Shown here: positions 31,008 to 39,857 of the stretch, one piece after another
Position numbering within the stretch: position 1 is the stretch's first letter
Layout of the letters: each line of letters starts with the position of its first letter
From: Patescibacteria group bacterium
Lineage (GTDB): Bacteria > Patescibacteriota > JABMPQ01 > JAQVVF01
DNA: 64,000 nucleotides
Reading direction: 5' to 3'
NCBI GenBank assembly: GCA_041662665.1
Contig: JBAZSC010000001.1
Coordinates: 577,511 to 641,510, forward strand
Notes under the pieces: generated by a model
What the model was told of the DNA's origin: nothing
The model's database searches: none
The model's input: the letters and a program-made list of their open reading frames with translations, nothing else
Position numbers and translations under genes: made by a program

Positions 31008-32575
31008 AGACTGTTAGTCATCACATTTTTAACAACATTAACTGGAATATTTACAAAATCCTTATAAATTTCACTTGCCGGCTTCCCATCCATGTATTCC
31101 GGTACTTGCAACCCCATATAATTCAAAACAGTTGGCGTAATATCCAAAATACTGATTGGTTTAATTTCCTTGCCAGCCAAGATATTTGGACCTAAAGACA
31201 TAAATATTCCATCTTGATCATGATATGAATTTGTATGCGATGTCGTTTCCACAAAAAGTTTATCATCAAATCTTGCAACAGCCAATCTTTTTTCACCATT
31301 AACTTTAAAAATAATGTCTGGCGCTTCAGCAACATAATTTCCATGATATTGCTCTTCACATGACATTACTTCTGTAAAAACTTTATCGCCATTTGGATCA
31401 GTAACCAACTTTAATTTTTCAATAATTTCTGATCTTAATTTTTTATATTCTTCTTTACTGACAGTTCCATTATTCTCTCGACCTATCAAATTAATATTTA
31501 CGCCCCAAGTTGATTTTGCGCCTAATTGAGCATAAGCAGTTGTATTTTTCCAATCAATCGTCTTTGTTGATTGCGGAATATTTTCTCTTATAATATTTTT
31601 AATTGATCTTGGAACAATATTCCTAAATTTATCAATAAACTTATTTTTAAATAATTTCTGTCTATCAAATTTAATTAAGTGAAAAAATCTGCGAAGTAGG
31701 GAAGTATTGCCTTGTTTTTCATGAACTTGTCTCCAGCCTTTTGCAACAACATCATTAATTTCTGATTTTTTGTATTGCATATAACCATTCTGATTCAACC
31801 AAGCCATGATATTAAATGTTTGATCATAATCATTAAAGCCATGATCAGACATAACAAATAATCCAGTTTCATTATCCATTAATTTCAAAATCTTGCCCAT
31901 CAAATCATCAAGAGTTTTATAAGTCCTAATAACCTTGTCTTCTTCATGCCAAAAATCATGCCCACAAATATCTGAACAACGAAACACAATCATAGAAAAA
32001 TCCCATTTTTCAGAAGTATAATATTTTTTCCAAATTTCATATCTTGCTTTATCAACTGAAACCATTGCATCAAATCTTTCTTCTCCGCCTTTATGTCGTA
32101 AATTTAATTCCATTGAATCAATAACATAATTTTGTTTTCGAAGCTCTTGTTCAAAAGACAATGGTTCAGCATATCTCTGAGTTGACAAAGATAATAGTCC
32201 GCCAACTAATTTGCCATTAATGCTTTCTGGAGGATAAGTCATTGGCACATTCCAAACCAAGCATCTCTTGCCATTTTCTGACAATATTTTCCATAATGAT
32301 TTAACTTTTACATCAGAAAAAGTATGAATTTTTCGATCTTCAATATTGAATTTATGCGTTGATAAAAAATGAAAGATTCCATGTTTGCCAGGATTCACGC
32401 CAGTATAAAAAGAAGGCCAAGCTGGCACAGTCAAAAAAGGAATTGTACTTTTCAAAATTCCATGACTTCCTTTTTCTAAAATATGTTTGAATGTTGGCAA
32501 TAAACCTTGATCACTATATTTTTTTATAGCTCTAAAAGTTCCGCCATCTAAACCCACGATTAACGCTTTTTTCAT
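31004..32575 (-). CDS. alkaline-phosphatase-superfamily type I phosphodiesterase/nucleotide pyrophosphatase-like enzyme
   Basis: The N-terminus is ALIVGLDGGTF...VPAWPSFYTG, and it carries SDHG. Confidence 0.7.
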   Translation of the reverse strand: MKKALIVGLDGGTFRAIKKYSDQGLLPTFKHILEKGSHGILKSTIPFLTVPAWPSFYTGVNPGKHGIFHFLSTHKFNIEDRKIHTFSDVKVKSLWKILSENGKRCLVWNVPMTYPPESINGKLVGGLLSLSTQRYAEPLSFEQELRKQNYVIDSMELNLRHKGGEERFDAMVSVDKARYEIWKKYYTSEKWDFSMIVFRCSDICGHDFWHEEDKVIRTYKTLDDLMGKILKLMDNETGLFVMSDHGFNDYDQTFNIMAWLNQNGYMQYKKSEINDVVAKGWRQVHEKQGNTSLLRRFFHLIKFDRQKLFKNKFIDKFRNIVPRSIKNIIRENIPQSTKTIDWKNTTAYAQLGAKSTWGVNINLIGRENNGTVSKEEYKKLRSEIIEKLKLVTDPNGDKVFTEVMSCEEQYHGNYVAEAPDIIFKVNGEKRLAVARFDDKLFVETTSHTNSYHDQDGIFMSLGPNILAGKEIKPISILDITPTVLNYMGLQVPEYMDGKPASEIYKDFVNIPVNVVKNVMTNSL

Positions 32576-32599
32576 ATATGATTTTTATTTTACTCTATA

Positions 32600-32716
32600 T
32601 AATTTAGTCATAATATAATACGAATTTACGAATTATGCAAATGTTGCGAATATACAAATACGACGATTTGCATATTTGTATCATTTGCATTTATTTGTAT
32701 ATTCGTATTATATTTT
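32600..32716 (+). repeat. palindromic region built from ATTYGYAT-type 8-mers; the 3' 28-mer is identical to the pyrG leader
   Basis: atgcaaatgttgcgaatatacaaatacgacgatttgcatatttgtatcatttgcatttatttgtatattcgtattatattttca. Confidence 0.7.
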
Positions 32717-33818
32717 CAAACAAAGACAAATACTTTCCACAAATTCTATCCCAACTATATTGTTTAGAATTATATTCAAATGAATTTCTGGCAAACAATC
32801 TCGCATAATCTGGATCATTCAAAAATTTATTTATGTTCTTTATGAATGATTTCGAATTCAGAGATTCAACTAAAACACCATTTTTTTTATTTTTAATTGC
32901 ATCTTTGATGCCTTCAATATCAGAAGCCAAAACAGGTAAACCCCAATTTGAAGCTTCAATTGCCACAATTCCAAAACCTTCCAAATCATTCTTAATTTTT
33001 ATATTTGGCATTACAAAGACATCAGATGCATAACAAACTCTTTTTAATTCTATTTCAGAAAGTCTGCCTAATAAAAAAACTCTATTTTCCAATTTCTGTT
33101 TTGAAATAATACTTTTGATTCTTGAAGCATCATTTCCAGATCCAACGATAAGATAATCAATACTTTCATCTAAATTTGGCATTACATTTTTCACAAACCA
33201 AGCCACGCCTTTTCTCTTTATTAATCTTCCGACAGTTATCAAAACTTTTCTTTTTTTCATCTGCTTTTTACAATATTTAAACAGATATTTTTTATAACTT
33301 GATTTAACTTTTAAATAAGACAATCTAGATTTATGCAAAGAACTCAAAACATCATTTTTATAAAAATCAACGCCATTTGGAATAAACAAGCACTTTTCTT
33401 TTGGAACATTTCTTTTCACACATTCATCAATTGTTGAATTTGAAACACAAATAACTTTATCCAAATGTTTTAATTGTCTGACAATAACAAATTGATACAA
33501 AGGATTTGAATAAGTCACATCCAATCCATGAGCAGTTATCAAAACAGGTTTCTTTGTTAAAAATTTCAAAATAGAACCTGCCATTGCCATAAAAGAATCG
33601 CAGAAATAAATCAAATCGCAATCGCGCGACATAAAAAAACCTTTGATTATAGAATAGGGAATAAACCAAACTAAATGCCATTGCGATCTTTTTAAAGCAA
33701 TCAATCTTTTTTGACAATCAATATTCTCAATCAAACCCTTGCTATATTTTTCCATTCCACCAATTTGCGGTGGATATTTTCTAGTTATAAATAATACTTT
33801 CATAAATTTTAAAAGCAC
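32691..33818 (-). CDS. GT4 glycosyltransferase
   Basis: Carries EGFGIVAIEASNWGLPVLASDIEGIKD. The C-terminal NIIRIYK is encoded by the shared 28-mer. Confidence 0.8.
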   Translation of the reverse strand: MLLKFMKVLFITRKYPPQIGGMEKYSKGLIENIDCQKRLIALKRSQWHLVWFIPYSIIKGFFMSRDCDLIYFCDSFMAMAGSILKFLTKKPVLITAHGLDVTYSNPLYQFVIVRQLKHLDKVICVSNSTIDECVKRNVPKEKCLFIPNGVDFYKNDVLSSLHKSRLSYLKVKSSYKKYLFKYCKKQMKKRKVLITVGRLIKRKGVAWFVKNVMPNLDESIDYLIVGSGNDASRIKSIISKQKLENRVFLLGRLSEIELKRVCYASDVFVMPNIKIKNDLEGFGIVAIEASNWGLPVLASDIEGIKDAIKNKKNGVLVESLNSKSFIKNINKFLNDPDYARLFARNSFEYNSKQYSWDRICGKYLSLFENIIRIYK

Positions 33819-33823
33819 TTAAA

Positions 33824-33866
33824 ATCAGCATCGTATCAGCGTTCGAAATCAGCGTAGAATCTGCTT
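33824..33866 (+). repeat. 4 x ATCAGCGT element (periods 11-13-11)
   Basis: atcagcatcgt atcagcgttcgaa atcagcgtaga atctgcttctat. Confidence 0.85.
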
Positions 33867-34811
33867 CTATTTCCGAAATTCCATCCTTTTTATTTTATAC
33901 AATATTTCCTCCAATAATTTTCTATTCCATCCAATTGCAGATCCTAACAGCCCAATCACTAACACTTGAAAACCAATCATCATCAAAGCACCAGCCAAAA
34001 TCAAAGATTGAATATGGCCAGTTCCATTGCCAATAAGATAATAATATAAAAACCTAATAACAAATAATAAGCCAGCACCAAATAGAATAGAGCCCATTAT
34101 ACTCATTACTCGCAATGGTTTATAAATCGTAAAAGTTCTTGTTATAACCATCAAAGATTTTACAATGTGAGACGGAATGCTTTTGATCAATCTTGATTTT
34201 CTATTCACTTTCCTTGCACGAATTGGAACTTCAGCAATCAACATATCATGATCAAGAGCTTGAATTACTGATTCATGAGTATAAGTATGTTTTGATAAAA
34301 TATTTATTTTCATTGCCGCTTCTTTTGTATAAGCTCGAAATCCAGAAGAAACATCATATTTTCTTGGCAAATCAACAACTTTATATACAATATAATTTCC
34401 AAACATGTTTCCATATTTATTGAATTTCGGCATAAAATCCAAATCTCGCACACATCTATTTGCAATCACAATGTCAGCCTTATTTTTCAAAATTGGAGCA
34501 ATCAAATCAGGAATTCTTGTCTGATCATAGTGATTATCAGCATCAGTATTTACAATAATATCAGCCCCAAACCATAATGCAGCAGTTACCGCATCTTTGA
34601 AAGTAATTGCCAATCCTTTATTTTTTTTATGTGAAATAACATAATCAGCGCCAGCTTCTTTTGCGATGCTTGCTGTATTATCAATTGACCCATCATCCAA
34701 AACTAGCACTTCTACTTTTTTAATACCAAAAATCTGCCTAGGAATTTCTCTAATCACTTCAGCAATATTCGCTTCTTCGTTAAATGCCGGTATTGTAATA
34801 ATTAATTTCAT
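33867..34811 (-). CDS. GT2 polyprenyl-phosphate sugar synthase (Dpm1/GtrB-like) with a C-terminal TM anchor
   Basis: Carries ITIPAFNEEANI...VLVLDDGSIDNT and two C-terminal TM helices. Confidence 0.75.
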   Translation of the reverse strand: MKLIITIPAFNEEANIAEVIREIPRQIFGIKKVEVLVLDDGSIDNTASIAKEAGADYVISHKKNKGLAITFKDAVTAALWFGADIIVNTDADNHYDQTRIPDLIAPILKNKADIVIANRCVRDLDFMPKFNKYGNMFGNYIVYKVVDLPRKYDVSSGFRAYTKEAAMKINILSKHTYTHESVIQALDHDMLIAEVPIRARKVNRKSRLIKSIPSHIVKSLMVITRTFTIYKPLRVMSIMGSILFGAGLLFVIRFLYYYLIGNGTGHIQSLILAGALMMIGFQVLVIGLLGSAIGWNRKLLEEILYKIKRMEFRK

Positions 34812-34816
34812 AGTAG

Positions 34817-34850
34817 AACTTTATGGACTTTATAACTTTAAAAACTTTAT
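34817..34850 (+). repeat. 4 x AACTTTAT element 6 bp upstream of the Dpm1-like start codon
   Basis: aactttat g gactttat a aactttaa aactttat aaactaat. Confidence 0.8.
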
Positions 34851-34906
34851 AAACTAATTATCATATATCATCTTACATTTTACCCCATAATAAAAAAAAA
34901 TCAATC

Positions 34907-34935
34907 TTGACAGATTTAAAATATGTATCTATACT
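34907..34935 (+). promoter_or_regulatory. sigma70 promoter of cassette A (TTGACA-N17-TATACT)
   Basis: Consensus hexamers with exact 17 nt spacing. Confidence 0.65.
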
Positions 34936-34980
34936 TATTTAATTGTTCCTTACCACCCACGAAGAGGAGGAAAGAAAAAG

Positions 34981-35337
34981 ATGAAAATCGCCAAAATCAG
35001 AAAAAACAGAGCTATATCAGCTCAAAAAATCAGAGAAGACATGTATGCTACGCTTCTCAACTTTATGCTCGAACTCAACCAGCGTCTACCCTTTGACACA
35101 GATAGCCTCCATGAATTAGAAGGTATTACAGATGACCTTGAACAAAAAGGTGAAACAAGACTAGAGATTACAACAGATAAACCAAATCAAGTTATTGAAA
35201 TTTTCGCTAAAATTAACACCAGACACAGCAACGATAGTGGTATTTTTCTTCCTGGCACAAGATTCTCACTTAGCATAGCTCCACCTGAAGTTAACAATTC
35301 AACAATCGTTTTACACATCAGATTAGTACTTTTCTAA
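34981..35337 (+). CDS. small cytoplasmic protein, cassette A (118 aa)
   Basis: SD GAGGAGG is present. The C-terminal strand is TIVLHIRLVLF. Confidence 0.65.
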   Translation: MKIAKIRKNRAISAQKIREDMYATLLNFMLELNQRLPFDTDSLHELEGITDDLEQKGETRLEITTDKPNQVIEIFAKINTRHSNDSGIFLPGTRFSLSIAPPEVNNSTIVLHIRLVLF

Positions 35338-35344
35338 ACATATT

Positions 35345-35367
35345 ACTCCTTATTAGGAGTTTTTTTA
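35345..35367 (+). terminator. intrinsic terminator (actcct-tatt-aggagt plus T7)
   Basis: Read directly. Confidence 0.7.
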
Positions 35368-35381
35368 TTTACAATAGATTC

Positions 35382-35410
35382 TTTACAAATCAAAAATATT
35401 TATCTATACT
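35382..35410 (+). promoter_or_regulatory. sigma70 promoter of cassette B (TTTACA-N17-TATACT)
   Basis: Read directly. Confidence 0.6.
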
Positions 35411-35453
35411 TATTCAATTGTACATTCTCAACTCAAGAGAGGAGGAAAGAAAA

Positions 35454-35825
35454 ATGACCACCGACACAAACGAACTCAGAGAATTTCACAATAAATATCT
35501 AGAAGCACTTAAAATCGTCACAGCAATGCTTCAACAATACGAAAACGCTGTTCAAACACTACTAGATCAATATCCTGACATTCTCTCAATCATGACCCAA
35601 AGCGACTGGAATTACATGGTAAAACAAGCTCTGCTTTATGGAACACATTCTCAAGACTTTACAGGTTACAAATTACCAAAAAAATTTTTCTTCCAAAACC
35701 AATGCCTGACTATCAAACCGTCTCTTGAAATTTCTTTTGAAACGAAAGATGAAGACAATGAACCTTCGGGTTTCTGTACCACAAAAGTTACCATCAAAAT
35801 TACTTCGCACCCTTTGAACCAATAG
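35454..35825 (+). CDS. small cytoplasmic protein, cassette B (123 aa)
   Basis: The ATG at 35454 follows the SD GAGGAGGA; the track start at 35418 lies in the promoter. The C-terminus is IKITSHPLNQ. Confidence 0.65.
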   Translation: MTTDTNELREFHNKYLEALKIVTAMLQQYENAVQTLLDQYPDILSIMTQSDWNYMVKQALLYGTHSQDFTGYKLPKKFFFQNQCLTIKPSLEISFETKDEDNEPSGFCTTKVTIKITSHPLNQ

Positions 35826-35847
35826 CTCCTGAATTAGGAGTTTTTTT
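35826..35847 (+). terminator. intrinsic terminator (ctcct-gaatt-aggag plus T7)
   Basis: Read directly. Confidence 0.7.
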
Positions 35848-35858
35848 ATAAACACAAC

Positions 35859-35887
35859 TTGACAGATCAAAATTATTTTTTTATACT
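35859..35887 (+). promoter_or_regulatory. sigma70 promoter of cassette C (TTGACA-N17-TATACT)
   Basis: Read directly. Confidence 0.65.
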
Positions 35888-35925
35888 CATTTAAATTGTT
35901 CCTTCAACAAGGAGGGAAAGAAAAA

Positions 35926-36318
35926 GTGACACCAGAAGAATCCGCAAGTTTTACCCAAGATCTCCAACATCTTTCAGAACATGGTTCTCGCTATTTAAAG
36001 TTATATTTTCTAGTTAGAAATGAATGGAAACGACTTTTTAGTAATCTGTATCTAGGCGAAAGTCCAAAAGATGTAGAACAAATTGCTCTAGAATTGATCA
36101 TGAAAGGCAAATCAGAAAATAGCTTAGGACACTACGGAACGGTTGGAGATATCATTCAAGCGTATTTAAATTTCATGTCACTACTTCCCGAATCGGAAAT
36201 TATTAATGTCGAAATGAAATGGAATGAGAGTACTGATAAACAAATTGATAAACCAAATATTTATATTGATGTTACATTTTTCCTAATCCAACATCCCTTG
36301 AATATTCAAAAAGACTAA
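35926..36318 (+). CDS. small cytoplasmic protein, cassette C (about 130 aa, GTG start)
   Basis: The GTG at 35926 follows the SD GGAGGG; the track's TTG start at 35896 is unlikely. The C-terminus is FFLIQHPLNIQKD. Confidence 0.55.
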   Translation: MTPEESASFTQDLQHLSEHGSRYLKLYFLVRNEWKRLFSNLYLGESPKDVEQIALELIMKGKSENSLGHYGTVGDIIQAYLNFMSLLPESEIINVEMKWNESTDKQIDKPNIYIDVTFFLIQHPLNIQKD

Positions 36319-36327
36319 CCGCTCATT

Positions 36328-36351
36328 ACTCCTTAATCGGAGTTTTTTTTA
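36328..36351 (+). terminator. intrinsic terminator (actcc-ttaatc-ggagt plus T8)
   Basis: Read directly. Confidence 0.7.
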
Positions 36352-36352
36352 T

Positions 36353-36392
36353 TTCTGCGTTTTTCTGCGTTCACTTCTGCGTATTTCTGCGT
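36353..36392 (+). repeat. 4 x TTCTGCGT element (periods 10-12-10) overlapping the flippase 3' end
   Basis: ttctgcgt tt ttctgcgt tcac ttctgcgt at ttctgcgt; it encodes the flippase C-terminal NQRRNTQK. Confidence 0.85.
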
Positions 36393-37837
36393 TGATTTAA
36401 TAATAATTTAATCTGTCCAATTTCACCTTGTCTAAAAAATCTCGTTGCAAAAAGTAGAATAAAAAATAATATTAACAAACATAAATTCAAAAGTATGGAT
36501 GTATAAAAAGAATAATTATTAAACAAATAGCTTAATGCCAAAAGACCGCCAGAAATTAAAACTAATTTGATAATTCTCATCCATTCATATACAACTTTAT
36601 AATAAAAATTAGAAACAAAATAAGTTAAGACAACCATCAAAACAAAACAAACAAAAGTTGACCAGGCAGCAGCCATCATTCCATATTTTGGAATAAATAT
36701 TATGTTCAAAATAATATTTAAGATTGCAGGAATTCCAACTAATAGGGGATAATATTTTGTTTTTTCTTCTAAATGCAAACCCGGCACAATCACAAAATGC
36801 ATGCCGTACAAAACATAAGAAAAAGCAATCAATGGAATTATTTTATAAGCATCAAAATATTCTGGTGATGAAACAACTTCCACAATTTGTTTTGCAAAAA
36901 TAGAAATTGTCAAAGCAATAAAAGAAGAAACAAGCAACCAATATGTCAAAGTTCGCGCATAAATTTGTTTTGTGTCATTTCTTTTTGCAACTGAAAAAGA
37001 AATCGTAGGCCAAGCAAGTTGAAAAGGAGTTACGAGTAAAATTGAAACTATAAATCCAATTTTATAACCAAGAGAATACAAACCAACCTCTGTCAAAGAA
37101 TCATAAACTTTCAAAAAATATCTATCAGACAAATCCATTACCCACATTGCCAGAGATGCTGGAATAATTGGAATTCCAAAAGCAAATAATTTTCTCAACA
37201 AATCTTTTGAAAAACTTAATTTAAGATAAGGAATTAAATTAAAAAGGAAAGGCACGCTGATAAATACTTGAGCAATAAAATTACCAAGCATTATGCCAAA
37301 CACACCCATTTTTGCAAACGCTACAAAATAAATATTTAGTCCCAAAACTAAACCAAACTTTAATAACGAAAAAATAATATATTTTACAGATTTTTCTTCG
37401 GCGCGAAAAACAGAAAAAGCAAGTGCCAAAAATACTGCAAACAAATTTGTAATCAATAATAAATTTACTAAATTTGCATATTGTGTTCCACCCAAAAATG
37501 TGTTTGCAATAAAATCTCTAAATAACCACAAAACCAAAGTGGATAAAATAGCAAGCGGAATTATAAACAAAAATGCAGTGCCAACCAATTGTTTCTGTTC
37601 AACGTCAGTCTTGCAATCTCTTTCATAACATTTAAAAATTGCCGAAGCAAAACCAAAAGACAAAAGCATTGATAAAATCAAAATCAAAGTATTCAAAATT
37701 TCCAACTGGCCATAATCAGCAGGTGATAAATACCTCGTGTACATTGGAATCAAAATAAACCCAACAATACTTTGCGCTAATGATCCAATAGCATAAACAA
37801 AAGAATGTTTAAATAATCTCCTAAATTGATCTAGCAT
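36371..37837 (-). CDS. Wzx/MOP-superfamily flippase
   Basis: A 488 aa polytopic membrane protein of the polysaccharide biosynthesis protein type. Confidence 0.7.
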   Translation of the reverse strand: MLDQFRRLFKHSFVYAIGSLAQSIVGFILIPMYTRYLSPADYGQLEILNTLILILSMLLSFGFASAIFKCYERDCKTDVEQKQLVGTAFLFIIPLAILSTLVLWLFRDFIANTFLGGTQYANLVNLLLITNLFAVFLALAFSVFRAEEKSVKYIIFSLLKFGLVLGLNIYFVAFAKMGVFGIMLGNFIAQVFISVPFLFNLIPYLKLSFSKDLLRKLFAFGIPIIPASLAMWVMDLSDRYFLKVYDSLTEVGLYSLGYKIGFIVSILLVTPFQLAWPTISFSVAKRNDTKQIYARTLTYWLLVSSFIALTISIFAKQIVEVVSSPEYFDAYKIIPLIAFSYVLYGMHFVIVPGLHLEEKTKYYPLLVGIPAILNIILNIIFIPKYGMMAAAWSTFVCFVLMVVLTYFVSNFYYKVVYEWMRIIKLVLISGGLLALSYLFNNYSFYTSILLNLCLLILFFILLFATRFFRQGEIGQIKLLLNQRRNTQK

Positions 37838-37859
37838 TATTTAAAACCTAAATAAATTA

Positions 37860-37947
37860 TTCAGCTTTCGTATCAGCGTTAGAATCAGTGCGTAATCAAC
37901 TTCTACATATCAGCGTTCGAAATCAGCGCCGAATCAGCTTCTACATA
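37860..37947 (+). repeat. two consecutive ATCAGCGT-family elements (4 plus 3 units), each ending in atcaRcttctaca
   Basis: ttcagctttcgt atcagcgttaga atcagtgcgta atcaacttctaca t atcagcgttcgaa atcagcgccga atcagcttctaca. Confidence 0.85.
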
Positions 37948-38028
37948 AATTTAACACAAAAATACTATTTTGTGAATTTATTAAAAATGCTAAACTACAT
38001 TAAACAACAAAATTATATTAAAAACAAA

Positions 38029-39849
38029 ATGAAAAAAGTAACAATATCTCTTTTTATTGTTAGTTTAATAATTTTATTAGGACTTCCTGTCCAAGCCCAG
38101 CCTCAATTCATTTCAACTGATTTTATATTTGATTTTGCTGCTTATGGCGATCCTCAAAATAGTAATGTTGTTCATTTAGAATTAGTTGATCAAATTACTC
38201 CTTTAGCACCATCATTTACGTTAAACATGGGAGATATTGTCCAAAATGCGCTTCTTGAAGAACAGTGGACAATGTTTAAAACTGTAATAACTTCTTTATT
38301 AGTTCAGCCACTCAAAAAAGGACTTGATCGAAATTACTATCCGACAATTGGCAATCATGATATTCCTCTAGAAAATTATCAAAAAACTTTTGAACTAACA
38401 TCAGAATATTATTCATTTGACTATCAAGGATATCATTTTATCAGCTTAGATACCGAAATAGATGGGTTGCCTGACAGTCAACAATATTCTTGGCTTCAAA
38501 ATGATTTATCTATAGCAAATCAATCTGGAAAAAAATCGATTGTCTTTTTTCATGAACCTCTTTATGGAAGATTAATTCATTATACTGAAAATACGGAACT
38601 AAGAAATGCCTGGACTCCATTATTTCAACAAAATAATGTCAAATTAGTTTTTAATGGCCATGCTCATATTTATCAAAGAACATATCCATTATATGACAAT
38701 GCAATAAACTATGATCAAGGCATAATTTATATTACAACAGGAGGAGCAGGTGGAGAATTAGGAATAATTGAGAATAACTGGTGGGCAGAAAAAGAAGAAA
38801 GTGTTTATCATTATGTTTATATTCAAATTACAAATAGCAAAATTATTATTAGCGCAGTAAACGAAGCTGGACAAATTTTTGACAATTTTGAAATCATTAA
38901 CAATAACAATGAAAAAAATATTATTTCAACATCAACTGATCAAAGAAACAAAATTAATTTTTTTTCGGCATCAGGAAAATCAAAATCAAATTCATTTTAC
39001 CCGCTGAATAATTCGTCAAAAACAGGAGTCAGACTTGCAAGCGGAGATATTGATCTAGATGGGAAAGATGAAATTATCACTGGAGCAGGACAAGGAGAAC
39101 AATCATTAGTTAAAATATTTGAATCAGACGGAAGATTAGTAAGTAAATTTCATGCTTTCAAAAAAAATTATTTGGGTGGAATAGATGTTGCTGCCGGTGA
39201 TATAAATAACGATGGTCAAGATGAAATTGCAGTTTCAAAACTAACGGAAAATTCACAGACAAAAATATTTAACTATAATGGAAAAACAATATATTTCGAT
39301 AAAAAAGTTTTCAAAGAATTAATTGGTGCAACTGTTGCATTGGGAGACATCGACAATGATAAGCAAGACGAATTAATTATCGGAACAAATAATGGAATCA
39401 GATCTAAAGTCATTTTTTACGAAATACTTTCTTATTCAAAAAAAGGAAAGCTCAAAAAAATAGAAATTTCGCCATTCAAAAAAGAATATACAAATGGCAT
39501 CGACGTTTCTTCTGGAGATATTAATGGTGATGGCAAAGAAGAAATCGGCATTTCAAAATTAAATAAAAAATCAAAAGTTAAAATTTACAAATACAATAAA
39601 AAAAGAAAAGTTTTAGGAAATTTTAATGCATTTAATAAAAAATATGTAACTGGTACAAACATTGATATGTTTGATACAAATTCTGATGGTATAACTGAAA
39701 TAATTTCTAGTATGACTGAAAGTAAAACAAATCAACCTAAAACAATAGTTCATAATTATCTAGGCAATATTATAACTAAATCCTTTTTATCTATAAACAA
39801 AAAAATATCGAATAACGTTATTTCAATTGGAATAAATAAAAATAAATAA
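38029..39849 (+). CDS. secreted protein with an N-terminal calcineurin-like metallophosphatase and C-terminal FG-GAP/VCBS-like repeats (domain order reversed relative to 18726..20495)
   Basis: The signal peptide starts at the ATG at 38029. The metallophosphatase motifs are AAYGDPQN, MGDIVQN, GNHD, FFHEPLY, NGHAHIYQRT. The repeat motifs are GDIDLDGKDEII, GDINNDGQDEIA, GDIDNDKQDELI, GDINGDGKEEIG. Confidence 0.8.
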   Translation: MKKVTISLFIVSLIILLGLPVQAQPQFISTDFIFDFAAYGDPQNSNVVHLELVDQITPLAPSFTLNMGDIVQNALLEEQWTMFKTVITSLLVQPLKKGLDRNYYPTIGNHDIPLENYQKTFELTSEYYSFDYQGYHFISLDTEIDGLPDSQQYSWLQNDLSIANQSGKKSIVFFHEPLYGRLIHYTENTELRNAWTPLFQQNNVKLVFNGHAHIYQRTYPLYDNAINYDQGIIYITTGGAGGELGIIENNWWAEKEESVYHYVYIQITNSKIIISAVNEAGQIFDNFEIINNNNEKNIISTSTDQRNKINFFSASGKSKSNSFYPLNNSSKTGVRLASGDIDLDGKDEIITGAGQGEQSLVKIFESDGRLVSKFHAFKKNYLGGIDVAAGDINNDGQDEIAVSKLTENSQTKIFNYNGKTIYFDKKVFKELIGATVALGDIDNDKQDELIIGTNNGIRSKVIFYEILSYSKKGKLKKIEISPFKKEYTNGIDVSSGDINGDGKEEIGISKLNKKSKVKIYKYNKKRKVLGNFNAFNKKYVTGTNIDMFDTNSDGITEIISSMTESKTNQPKTIVHNYLGNIITKSFLSINKKISNNVISIGINKNK

Positions 39850-39857
39850 TAAAAAAT

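Noticed and set aside
35418-35925. N-terminal extensions in the ORF track for cassette proteins B (start 35418) and C (TTG at 35896)
   Set aside because: The extensions run through the -10 box and leader. SD-preceded starts at 35454 (ATG) and 35926 (GTG) fit the architecture shared with cassettes A and D.
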